Assembly (NCBI GenBank): GCA_963786955.1
Contig: CAWBAT010000006.1
Span: 864,001-928,000 of the forward strand
Reading direction: 5' to 3'
DNA from: an uncultured Acidimicrobiia bacterium
GTDB taxonomy: Bacteria; Acidobacteriota; Terriglobia; Versatilivoradales; Versatilivoraceae
Length of the DNA: 64,000 bases
The notes beneath the pieces are model-generated. The model ran no database searches. It saw nothing but the letters and a program-made list of their open reading frames with translations, and was not told where the DNA came from. Of this stretch, positions 53,943 through 63,365 are shown in pieces; the first letter of the stretch is position 1, and each line of letters opens with the position of its first letter. Made by a program: the position numbers and the translations under genes.

Positions 53943-54383
53943 GTGAAGAATCTGCAGAAGCTCCTGCTCCCCGTCCCGCCCATGATTGAAGAAGCCTTCG
54001 GATACACGGGCTCTTCACGATTCGTTGCCTTCTATTGGAAGCCGGTCCGACTCGGCTTTACTTGGCAAGATCCTGCAGAGACCAAAACCAGCCCTCACCG
54101 GGCAGTGTGGCTGGCCTTCGTTCAGCATCGACGCGTCCATCCATTCCTGGACTCCTATAATCTCGGCAGCGAAGACAGAGCCGCGAAACATTGGTTGATG
54201 CTCGACAGGGTCGAGCGGCACTTTTCCATTGGTCTCGTGGGCCATGTAAAGGCGTTTCTAGGCTCTGTCCCGAATGAAACTCTCTCATCAGATTGCGAAG
54301 AATTCGATAGGGGAGATTCGACGGTGATCCAGGCCGCCCTCTGTGCCTTGGTTGGGGATTGGCTGGACGAAGAAGGGATCTGA
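53943..54383 (+). CDS. Hypothetical protein
   Basis: 146-aa ORF with protein-like motifs PPMIEEAFGY..RFVAFYW, YNLGS, HWLMLDR. Confidence 0.65.
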   Translation: MKNLQKLLLPVPPMIEEAFGYTGSSRFVAFYWKPVRLGFTWQDPAETKTSPHRAVWLAFVQHRRVHPFLDSYNLGSEDRAAKHWLMLDRVERHFSIGLVGHVKAFLGSVPNETLSSDCEEFDRGDSTVIQAALCALVGDWLDEEGI

Positions 54384-54633
54384 TGCAGGGCGTCGATCCC
54401 CGCATAATGCTTAAGCTCTCCCTAGTACTAAATTGCAAGAGTCCGTGTTGTAGCTGGCCCCACTGGGGCCGGCCGGGGTCAACGTCCCCGGCTACAGCAA
54501 TTACCGCGAATTTATGCAACTTAGCACTAGCTCACATCCTACCAACCAAGAGACCTCAAATCCTTCAAATCATTTGCACAAACCCGCGTGATCGTCAATT
54601 TCATGTCATACTGTATCAAGCGGAGGGGGCCTA

Positions 54634-54921
54634 ATGGCTGGCAAAGGACATCGCGACTACCGAGAAGAAGAGGATGCCAACATTGTTGTGAGCGGCGACG
54701 ACTTCAAGGGGCATACTTTTGAGGAACAAACACAAAGCATCAACATCAGCTCCAGCGGGATTTCATTCTATCTCAACACTTTCATTGGCCCTCGTTCCTT
54801 CATTACCATCGACTTGACCCAAAGCAAGCAGTTCGGCTACCTCGGAAAAGTTTCTGCCGTGGTGGTTCGGCTAGAGATATTATCCTCCGAAAAGCATCTG
54901 GTGGCCGCGGAATTCATTTGA
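54634..54921 (+). CDS. Stand-alone PilZ domain protein (degenerate RxxxR)
   Basis: HRDYR, VSGDDFKGHTFEEQT, NISSSG (D/NxSxxG), AVVVR, VAAEF; RBS GGAGG. Confidence 0.78.
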   Translation: MAGKGHRDYREEEDANIVVSGDDFKGHTFEEQTQSINISSSGISFYLNTFIGPRSFITIDLTQSKQFGYLGKVSAVVVRLEILSSEKHLVAAEFI

Positions 54922-55677
54922 TCTCCTCTGTCTTCCTCTTTGAACCTCCTTCATTTCTCCAGAAGTGCTCCCGCCCTCATCCGGAAATCCCTTAAGCCAT
55001 CGACTCCCCTGGCAAAACCCAAAGAAACCTGAAAGCTACAAACCAGACATTTTAGCTTGCTAACAATATTGAGAATCGTGTTGGGGTTCATTAATCAATT
55101 ATGCCCCTAATTCCCATCTGCTCCACGTAATAGAACAACGCCCGGAGCAGATATAACTCTGGATTGAACTGAGGGAGGAGTTGTTCTTTTTGCCGGATGC
55201 TTTCTTTGTAAAACGTCAACTGACCGTGGAGAGCAACCGATCCACATCCCAAACATGCTTACCGGCGGAAGAAGGCTGGGACAGGGTGAAAGAAGGTTTG
55301 CAAGGGCTTCAGGCCCTAAAGATACTTGAAGCAAGCCGGGTGTGACAAATTTTGCAAGTTGTGAGCAGTAAATGGATATGAGGTTTTTCGGGTGGACAGG
55401 GCGCGGGAATCTATTTGCCATCCATCATAGAAGAAAGGAGTAGTTGGTTCCATAAGACTGAAAATTCTTTCCTTTTTGACTGGCGTTGGAAGAATCGGGC
55501 TCCAGTAGACGATGTTAACTAACCCTTTAATAAACAAACAATAGTATGGCTTGATTGCTAGTGCTTATTTCAAGGGGAAGCTTTGGAGGGGCAGTTGCAA
55601 ACTCCTTACTACACCAGTGTTTGGGCTTATGGCTTATCTGTGTCACAAAATGGATCGGCAGTTTGAAAATCTTGACC

Positions 55678-56505
55678 ATGTTATCGACAGCTAATCCCAT
55701 CCGCGTTTTGCTCGTAGACACGGAGGAATTATTTCGGGTCGCCGTCCGTATGCTCATCGAAAGCTGGGCAACAATGAAGGTAGTGGGCGACACTGGTAAT
55801 CAAGCGGAAGCGTTGTCTTTGGCTGAAAAGGAAGACCCGCACATTATTCTGGTGGAGATCGATTTCAAAGGAGATGTGAATGGAGGACTAGCACTTCTTC
55901 CCAAGTTGCTCTCATCAAGGAAATCTCGAGTCATTGTCATGACTCATTTGCAGGATGTGGAATTGCATCATCGAGCCATCCATTATGGAGCTCGAGGGTT
56001 GGTACTCAAAGACCATTCACCTGAACAACTTCGGAACGCCATTTTAAGGGTTAACGATGGTGAAGCGTGGCTGGACAATAAGCTGACAACAAGTATCATC
56101 ACCAAAATGGCGCAAGTCAATCGGCTCACTCGGGATGGAGAGGGATCCGTGGGGATTGCCTCGCTGACTCCTAGAGAGAGTGAACTAGCCCGACTTGTCG
56201 GGAATGGGTGGTCTAATAAGGAAGTCGCAGGACGACTTTACATTAGCGAAACCACCGTACGCCATCACCTGACGTCCATTTTCAAGAAACTCCAACTCAC
56301 CAATCGGCTCGAGCTTATTATCTATTTGCTCCGGACTGGGACGACCAAACATACTGTCGGTAGAATTTCTCAAAGAACTTCCCACTTAGGGGATGACATC
56401 CCCGGCAAAGCCAGTTCAGAACAGCAAGGTGATAAGTTGTTTCCTGATTTTGTAGGCAAACACAAACAACTGCCGAGCAAGAAGCCTGCTCTTCCAGGAA
56501 AGTAG
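55678..56505 (+). CDS. NarL/LuxR-family response regulator with Glu at the phospho-acceptor position
   Basis: IRVLLVD, PHIILVEID, GARGLVLKD, LTPRE...GWSNKEVAGRLYISETTVRHHLTSIFKKL. Confidence 0.9.
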   Translation: MLSTANPIRVLLVDTEELFRVAVRMLIESWATMKVVGDTGNQAEALSLAEKEDPHIILVEIDFKGDVNGGLALLPKLLSSRKSRVIVMTHLQDVELHHRAIHYGARGLVLKDHSPEQLRNAILRVNDGEAWLDNKLTTSIITKMAQVNRLTRDGEGSVGIASLTPRESELARLVGNGWSNKEVAGRLYISETTVRHHLTSIFKKLQLTNRLELIIYLLRTGTTKHTVGRISQRTSHLGDDIPGKASSEQQGDKLFPDFVGKHKQLPSKKPALPGK

Positions 56506-57179
56506 ATTTGTCCCGTGCAATTAATCGAGTATGACCGAAAGGATGCAAATCCATCCTCATTATGAACCTTTGGCCTGATTCTTCGGCCACCGCCAGTGAT
56601 TACAGCCAACTGCAAGACAAATTGCTCGTGTGCGCCTTATCGAAGATTGGCTCTGCTTGAATAGCCACTCGCCAAGGAATAATCATCTATTTCCTCATTC
56701 CGACATTAAAGATGTAGAGGCCTCTCGGCCATCGATACGATTGACACACCGTTCGGGAGTTAGATTCAGCCATAGCTCTTTAAACCATTAGATGATCACA
56801 ACAAACTCTGATACGGCCTGTTGTAAGGGAGGCCCCGGCCAAGAGAAACACGCGAATGACACGTGGAGGTGTCTTTGCCCTGTCTTTCGGCGGCCCAATA
56901 GAGTGCCTGATATGGCCAAATAGACAGCCCATGGCACAATACTCCCAGTGCCATAATGGGCGTATCTATCAAAGAGAAATGGGAGGCCGCTCCCATTGCG
57001 ATAACCCTCTCCCCTTAGTAGAGTTAGAACGAGTCATTTTACTAGGCTCGCTTCTGTTTCCAGAAAAGAGTTCGCTTCCCCGTCCCACGCATGCCCGAAA
57101 AATATCATGTGAGTGAGAGTGCGGTAGCTTGCCCTTAGATTGACGACCACTTCTCTGAAGTAAATTCTTTCGATAGGCC

Positions 57180-57509
57180 TTGCAGATCGTCACTTCCGAA
57201 GAACGACGAAAAAAATCGAGAATCTGTAAGTCTTTTCCGATTGTTGTTAGAGGATTGGATTCGGCTGGCAGGCACTTTGAGGAAACATCTGTCCTGGTGA
57301 ACTTCAGCAGTGGCGGCATGTATTTCTGCCTTTCACGGGCTATGAGCTCAGGTAGCGAGATTTACGCGGTCATTGAAATGTCCAAGGTTTCAAAAATTAT
57401 GGGCCCCACGGTTCGAGTGGCAGCACAAGCCATTGTTCTAAGAGTTGAATCCTGGATGGATGGTACCTATGGGTATGCAGTTCGGTTTTCTAAACATCAG
57501 ATATTCTGA
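57180..57509 (+). CDS. Stand-alone PilZ domain protein
   Basis: ERRKKSR (RxxxR), VRGLDSAGRHFEET, NFSSGG, AIVLRVE, YAVRF. Confidence 0.82.
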   Translation: MQIVTSEERRKKSRICKSFPIVVRGLDSAGRHFEETSVLVNFSSGGMYFCLSRAMSSGSEIYAVIEMSKVSKIMGPTVRVAAQAIVLRVESWMDGTYGYAVRFSKHQIF

Positions 57510-57601
57510 ACGCTCAACTCAACAGAGTGGGCGTTCTTCCCCTCAGTCGATTCATACTCCCTCTTCTTGACACCAATAGGATCAAAGGATAAACAATAAC
57601 G

Positions 57602-58195
57602 ATGCCCGAAACGTGCGGGAACTATCCCTGGTACGCTCTCTTTGTGCGTGTTAACCATGAAAAAATGGTGTCAGCGGCACTTCGAAGTAAAGGCTATGAA
57701 GAGTTCTTGCCATTATGTCGTTCGCGACGTCGCTGGTCCGATCGAACCAAAGAAGTTCAATCGCCCCTTTTCCCGGGATACGTGTTTTGCCAACTCGACT
57801 TGAACTGGCGGCTTCCAATCCTGACCACAACTGGCGTTCACTCTATTGTGGGAAACGGGAAAGTTCCCGTCCCTGTATCGGAACGAGAAATCGAAAACCT
57901 TAGACTATTAGCTGGGTCGCAACTTCAAGTCGATCCCTGGCCCTATCTAAAAGTGGGACAAAAGGTTCGCATTGAACAAGGGGCATTAGTCGGATTGGAA
58001 GGGATTCTTGTTTCTCTGAAAAAGCCGTACCGCCTGGTTGTTTCAGTCACCCTTCTGCTGCGGTCTGTGACAGTGGAAATAGATGAGGCATGGACCTCCC
58101 CCATTATTGAGAGAAATTCCGCCCGCTTGCAGGACTCCCAAACACTGCGTCGAGAACCTAAACTCGCCCTCAGGTTGGCACGAACTTCCACCTAG
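57602..58195 (+). CDS. UpxY/RfaH-like NusG paralog (transcription antiterminator)
   Basis: WYALFVR..HEK, FLPL, RRWSDR, PLFPGYVF, KOW motif VGQKVRIEQGALVGLEG. Confidence 0.92.
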   Translation: MPETCGNYPWYALFVRVNHEKMVSAALRSKGYEEFLPLCRSRRRWSDRTKEVQSPLFPGYVFCQLDLNWRLPILTTTGVHSIVGNGKVPVPVSEREIENLRLLAGSQLQVDPWPYLKVGQKVRIEQGALVGLEGILVSLKKPYRLVVSVTLLLRSVTVEIDEAWTSPIIERNSARLQDSQTLRREPKLALRLARTST

Positions 58196-58300
58196 CAGGT
58201 AATTTCCTTGTTTTTGACAGCTCCGGAAAAGTGCGATTCCCGCATTAGATAGGCGGTAATGTTTTTTGGCCAATAATTTCATGCGTGGTCCTTTCATTCC

Positions 58301-59098
58301 ATGACTAGCCCCGTCGGTCAAAACGACTCGATTCGAACAGCACCACTGAGCGAGGAATTCATTGCGCTCATTCCCGCTGCAGGCAAGGGGCTGCGCCTGA
58401 GTTTGCCATATCCGAAAGAGCTCTATCCGATTATCCGGGAAAATCGCTACAAGCCCGTTTCCCAATTTGTGCTAGACAGCTTGGTCGCTTCCGGCATTCA
58501 ACATACCGTATTTGTCATCAATGAAACGAAACACCAATTGATGGGTTATTTCGGCGATGGACAGCGCTTCGGCTGCCATATTAGCTATGTCGTTCAGGAG
58601 CAGACGGTCCATCAAAACGGGTCTACTTCTCCCGGACTAGCCCACGCCCTCGATTCAGCCTATCACTTGGTAAAGAATAAGAACGTGTTCTTTGGCATGG
58701 CAGATACGATTATGGGGCCTGAGAACGTGTTTGCCCATGCCTTGAAGGCAGCTCAGCCCGAAGACGAGGTCATCCTTGCTCTCTTCGACACAGTTCGGCC
58801 CGAGAAATTTGGCATGGTCCGGCTCGATGCTCAAGGCAGGGTAGTAGAAATCAATGACAAGCCAAAAAGAACGGACCTCACTCAGATGTGGGGATGCATT
58901 ATTTGGCGCCCTAGGTTTACCGAGTTCTTGCACGATTGCGTTCGCCAACAGGGAGTGACGGATTTCGCCAAAATATTGAACAGCGCAATTGTGTCTGGCA
59001 TTCGGATGCGCGGTGTTCCGATACATAATGGCACTTATGTGGACCTCGGCACTTACGACGAAATCCTGGAACTGGACAATAGTTTTCGTCAGCGCTAA
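58301..59098 (+). CDS. Sugar-phosphate nucleotidyltransferase (RmlA-like)
   Basis: LIPAAGKGLRL...PKELYP, GLAHAL, GMADT, FGMV, DKP, YVDLGT. Confidence 0.9.
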   Translation: MTSPVGQNDSIRTAPLSEEFIALIPAAGKGLRLSLPYPKELYPIIRENRYKPVSQFVLDSLVASGIQHTVFVINETKHQLMGYFGDGQRFGCHISYVVQEQTVHQNGSTSPGLAHALDSAYHLVKNKNVFFGMADTIMGPENVFAHALKAAQPEDEVILALFDTVRPEKFGMVRLDAQGRVVEINDKPKRTDLTQMWGCIIWRPRFTEFLHDCVRQQGVTDFAKILNSAIVSGIRMRGVPIHNGTYVDLGTYDEILELDNSFRQR

Positions 59099-59117
59099 CC
59101 GGCCGAATGGACAGGTC

Positions 59118-60077
59118 ATGAAGAATTCATCTTCTCCAACCATTTCTGGACCTGCTATCAACAAGAGTTCAACTCCGGATCTATCCGTGGTCTTGGTGGG
59201 CTGGAATAATCGGAGTTACTTGGAGCCGTGCCTGCACTCGCTTTATCAGTGCGGGCTAAGTCGAACCTTCGAAGTAGTCGTGGTGGACAATGGTTCTTCT
59301 GACGGCAGTCAACGGATGCTAAAAGAACAATTTTCGGAAGTCCAGATCGTCCAAAACTACAGCAATGTCGGACTTAGTCGAGCAACTAACCAGGGGATTC
59401 AACATACTACCGGTCAATACGTGCTACTCCTCAACAACGATACTCTCGTAAATGGACCCTCGATCGAGGCGATGATCAAGTTCATGGAGCTAACGCCCAA
59501 CGCAGGGGCTGTGGGCGGAAAGCTCCTTAATCCAGACGGTTCATTTCAGGGTGGCGGTGCCCGTTTTTCATCTCTATTTCAGGAATTTTTGATAGCGACC
59601 AGGCTGGGAGAGTTCCTCTGCAAGGGATACCCTTCACACAAAGACAACGACAGAGAGATAGTCGTCGATTGGTTGAGTTCCGCCTGTCTTTTGGTGCGAA
59701 GAGGCGTCTTTTCCCAAATCGGGTTTCTTGATGAACAATACTTTATTTATGGCGATGAAACAGACTTTCAATTCCGCCTCAAGCAAGCTAATTGGAAAGT
59801 CTACTATCTGCCGCTGGTAACCACGATCCATTATGGTGGTCGCAGTATGGACCGCTGGCGTCGCCGCAAAATGGTCTATCGCGGGAAAATGCTCTTCTAC
59901 AAGAAGAACCGTGGAAGCCTTGCGGCATTTACACTGCGGCTGATGTTGGGTGGGCTCACGGTGCCAAAGACATTGCTTTGGAGCATAGCCTGGCTGTTTC
60001 CGTGGTGTCACACCGCGGCGAAGCGCGAGTTGCGCTCGAACCTCGACGTCCTGAATCTGTGCTGTCATTTACGTTAG
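59118..60077 (+). CDS. Glycosyltransferase family 2
   Basis: LSVVLV, VVVDNGSSDGS, LLLNND, FIYGDETD. Confidence 0.92.
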   Translation: MKNSSSPTISGPAINKSSTPDLSVVLVGWNNRSYLEPCLHSLYQCGLSRTFEVVVVDNGSSDGSQRMLKEQFSEVQIVQNYSNVGLSRATNQGIQHTTGQYVLLLNNDTLVNGPSIEAMIKFMELTPNAGAVGGKLLNPDGSFQGGGARFSSLFQEFLIATRLGEFLCKGYPSHKDNDREIVVDWLSSACLLVRRGVFSQIGFLDEQYFIYGDETDFQFRLKQANWKVYYLPLVTTIHYGGRSMDRWRRRKMVYRGKMLFYKKNRGSLAAFTLRLMLGGLTVPKTLLWSIAWLFPWCHTAAKRELRSNLDVLNLCCHLR

Positions 60078-60133
60078 TATTTTTGCTGAAAAAATGACCG
60101 TGCTACTGGAACCGCAAGGAATCGATTGAGAAC

Positions 60134-62365
60134 ATGTCTATGGACGAGAAGAAGATAGCAAGAATTGATTTGGTGGGTTCAAAAGCAGTAATGCGCACTC
60201 CTGGTCAAAAGCCAGGTTCATCCATTCCCCTACAGTTACGTTCTCGAAGCGTTTATCAAGAGGGAACGATCAATGTTCGGGAGATTGTTGAAAAACTTCT
60301 TAAGAGGAAGTTTCAAATTTTTGCGGTAGCCTTCTTAGTTCTAATTCCGACTGCTATAGCCACGTTTGTGGCCACCCCTCTTTACCGGTCTACGGCCATC
60401 CTTCAGTTCAACCTGGATGATGCTCAAGCCCTTCCGTATCGAGATATCGCGGCGTCTGGGGCTAGCGCAGGAAGCTATGAAAGCGCATTGATGACGCAAG
60501 AACAAGTTCTCAAAAGCCCAGTTCTGGTTAACCGTGTCGTGCAGCGGTTGAGTTCGGAACTAAAAAGTAGCCCAAACAATGTGGAGCATGAACTGCTGAA
60601 ACAGAAATTTGAGATCAAGCGAATCGCAGCCAGCCAGCTTCTTCAAATTACCTGGCTAGGACCTACTCCTGCACTCGCGGCGAAAGTCGTAAACCTCTAC
60701 ACGGAGGAGTACATCAGGCAACATTTGGAGTCTCGTCAGGCAGGTCGGGAAAAGGCTCGCCAGGGACTTGCTCGGGAATTGGAAAGTCTCGAAAAAAAGG
60801 TCCAACTTTCCGAGAAAGAACTCGTCCACTATGCGCGAGACAACAATATCATGGCCGTTGAACCCGGGAGAGACCTGGTTGAGAAGAAACTAGTCGTAGT
60901 GGACCAGCAGGTTGCGGAAATTGAGGCGGAACTTGCTGTTACCAGGTCTCGCATGGAAGCTGTTCAGAAGGCATCAGTCAAAGAATTTCCAGAGAAATAT
61001 GTAACTCCCATCGTGCAGAGCCTTACGTCCACACTTCTTCAGTTAGAGCATGACCTCAATGCTTTGCGAGCCAGTTTCGGCGAGAACTGGCCCGCGGTAA
61101 TTCAAAAACGCAGTGAGCTCGCTCTGGTTCGTAATCAGTTGGAAAGGGAGAAGTCCTTGGTTCTGGCTCAAGCTCGGGAGCAGGCGCGGCTGGACCTGGA
61201 AACCGTTGAAGGCAGATACCGAAGGATGGCAGCGTCACTTTCTGAACAAAAGGGCCATGTGGGTCGTTTCCAGAATGCGTCTATTCAATACAATATATTG
61301 CAACGCGAAGTTGAGACCAACAAGAAGCTTTACGAAGGACTTCTCGAACGATTAAAGCAGACCGGTGTGATGGCGGGACTTGAGTTTGGGAATATTCAGG
61401 TCATTGAGCCTGCACTTGCGGCTCCGATCGCAGATAGCCCCAAGATCTTGTGGAACCTTGGATTAGCCTCTTTCCTGGGCCTGGCTTTAGGTTTCTGCGT
61501 TGCCTTCTTCGTGGACTTCTGGGACAACTCGATTTCAACTTTGGAAGAAATTGAAGAACTCGCTGCCCTCCCAGTGCTCGGCTCCGTACCGCTCATATCA
61601 TTTGCAGGGTCTGACCGATTGTCCCTCGTAGCAGGCTGGAAAAGGGCTCTCTTGCCCAAGACGGAAACCCATCTGGTTCATCCAGCCTCTAATCATTCAG
61701 TTCAGCCGGGGAGCGTGCCACCAGGCATTACTGAGGCTATCAGAAACGTTTGTGCCTCCATCCTCCTTTCCAGCTCAAAGGGAGAGCCTCGCGTCATTGT
61801 GGTGACTTCAGCCGAACCAGCAGAAGGGAAAACTACAATTGCCAGCCAGCTCGGCCTGGCCTTGGCTGATTATGGCAAGAGTACCCTTCTCATAGAAGGG
61901 GACTTGCGTAGGCAAAGTCTGTCAAAGTTGTTCGGTGTGGGCAATGAAGAGGGTCTTAGTTTGTTTCTGTCCGGGCACGTGAACCCCCTTCCGAAAATCC
62001 ACCCCACCGGCAACCCGAATCTCTTCATAGTAGCTGCCGGTCCAAAACCTCCCAATCCTCAAGCGCTCCTCGGCTCCGAGAAGATGGGTTCCTTTCTGAA
62101 TGAGATGGCATCGCTTTTCAAGTTCGTCATAATCGATTCTCCCCCCCTCCTGGCCGTCTCAGACGCGCGAGCTTTAGCTGCCAAATCCGACGGTGTGGTT
62201 CTAGTAGTCAGGGCTGGGCATACCCCCAAGAGTCTAATTCTACAAGCCTCGGCTCTTCTCGAGAATTTCGGTGCCAATACTATCGGTGTCGTGTTGAATG
62301 GAGCAAGCTTCAATAACAGATCCGCTTACTATAACGCCTATTACCAAGCGACGACAGACGCATGA
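60134..62365 (+). CDS. wzc: Polysaccharide co-polymerase / tyrosine autokinase (Wzc/GumC)
   Basis: Two TM segments flanking a coiled coil, TSAEPAEGKTT Walker A, IIDSPP, C-terminal YYNAYY tyrosine cluster. Confidence 0.9.
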   Translation: MSMDEKKIARIDLVGSKAVMRTPGQKPGSSIPLQLRSRSVYQEGTINVREIVEKLLKRKFQIFAVAFLVLIPTAIATFVATPLYRSTAILQFNLDDAQALPYRDIAASGASAGSYESALMTQEQVLKSPVLVNRVVQRLSSELKSSPNNVEHELLKQKFEIKRIAASQLLQITWLGPTPALAAKVVNLYTEEYIRQHLESRQAGREKARQGLARELESLEKKVQLSEKELVHYARDNNIMAVEPGRDLVEKKLVVVDQQVAEIEAELAVTRSRMEAVQKASVKEFPEKYVTPIVQSLTSTLLQLEHDLNALRASFGENWPAVIQKRSELALVRNQLEREKSLVLAQAREQARLDLETVEGRYRRMAASLSEQKGHVGRFQNASIQYNILQREVETNKKLYEGLLERLKQTGVMAGLEFGNIQVIEPALAAPIADSPKILWNLGLASFLGLALGFCVAFFVDFWDNSISTLEEIEELAALPVLGSVPLISFAGSDRLSLVAGWKRALLPKTETHLVHPASNHSVQPGSVPPGITEAIRNVCASILLSSSKGEPRVIVVTSAEPAEGKTTIASQLGLALADYGKSTLLIEGDLRRQSLSKLFGVGNEEGLSLFLSGHVNPLPKIHPTGNPNLFIVAAGPKPPNPQALLGSEKMGSFLNEMASLFKFVIIDSPPLLAVSDARALAAKSDGVVLVVRAGHTPKSLILQASALLENFGANTIGVVLNGASFNNRSAYYNAYYQATTDA

Positions 62366-62606
62366 CATCAGGCTCTCCTTATCCATGAGATCCCATCATG
62401 ATAGCGCTCGCAATAATGAAATTTGCGTGAGAATTATACACTCGACTTATTAGCTATCTTCAATTTGAGCCGGCGTGCTTTTCATGCAGACAGACAGTAG
62501 AAAATGACTGATAGCAAATAATGTCAACCCTCACTTCGAATTGTGATTGAAGTAGCCGTCGTTCTGTCTCGCCAACTCCTTCCTTAGATCACTTGGCAAG
62601 CGCTCC

Positions 62607-63365
62607 TTGTGTCCCACAACGCTTTCTCAATTGCAGCTTTACCTCAGACGTCAAGCCTCCAGTCCGGCCCGGTATTTTCTCGAGCAAATATTGCTTGAAT
62701 CATTTGGGTGGATACCGACCTTGGCTGGGGTCGGCCTTAGATCTTTGGCCTATCGTCTAATCCTTACGATGAACGGCCTAGCAGCAATCGAAAAAGGCGT
62801 CAAAATCCGCTTTGCCAAGAACATCACTTTGGATCAAGGAGCCTACATCGATCAGGGGGTTTACCTGCATGCTTGTCCAAATGGCATTCGAATTGGCAAG
62901 AACTCGCTGGTGATGCATGGCTCCGTCTTGCACGTGTACAACTTTCGGGGCATTCCCCACTCAGGAATCCGGATCGGGGATAATAGCCTCATCGGCGAGT
63001 ATAACGTCATCCGGGGGCAGGGTGGCGTCAGGATAGGGGATAGGGTTTATACATCTCCCATGGTTCAGATTGTTGCCGTGAACCACGTCTTCGACGATCC
63101 TGGGCGACCTTTTGTGAAGCAGGGTATCACCGCCCAAGGGATCACCATCGAAGACGATGTCTGGATTGGATCGGGCGCCATTGTGACTGATGGAGTAACA
63201 ATTGGGCAAGGATCCGTTGTAGCCGCCGGTTCCGTTGTGACTCGCAATGTAGCCCCTCACACCGTCGTCGCTGGGGCGCCGGCCAGACTCATCCGGAGAA
63301 TTGGAGACTCGCCTCAAAGAGCAGGGCAACTTGAAATTTACTCCGAGGAGAAAGCCCATGGATAA
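62607..63365 (+). CDS. Hexapeptide-repeat acyltransferase
   Basis: [46 protein letters not shown]. Confidence 0.9.
   Translation: MCPTTLSQLQLYLRRQASSPARYFLEQILLESFGWIPTLAGVGLRSLAYRLILTMNGLAAIEKGVKIRFAKNITLDQGAYIDQGVYLHACPNGIRIGKNSLVMHGSVLHVYNFRGIPHSGIRIGDNSLIGEYNVIRGQGGVRIGDRVYTSPMVQIVAVNHVFDDPGRPFVKQGITAQGITIEDDVWIGSGAIVTDGVTIGQGSVVAAGSVVTRNVAPHTVVAGAPARLIRRIGDSPQRAGQLEIYSEEKAHG

Noticed and set aside
55265-55345. Possible c-di-GMP-I riboswitch (GGGAC...GCAAGGGCTTCAGGCCCTAAA...AGCCGGG)
   Set aside because: Lacks the GGCAAA-stem-GAAA-stem-GACGCAAAG arrangement; would need an Infernal hit
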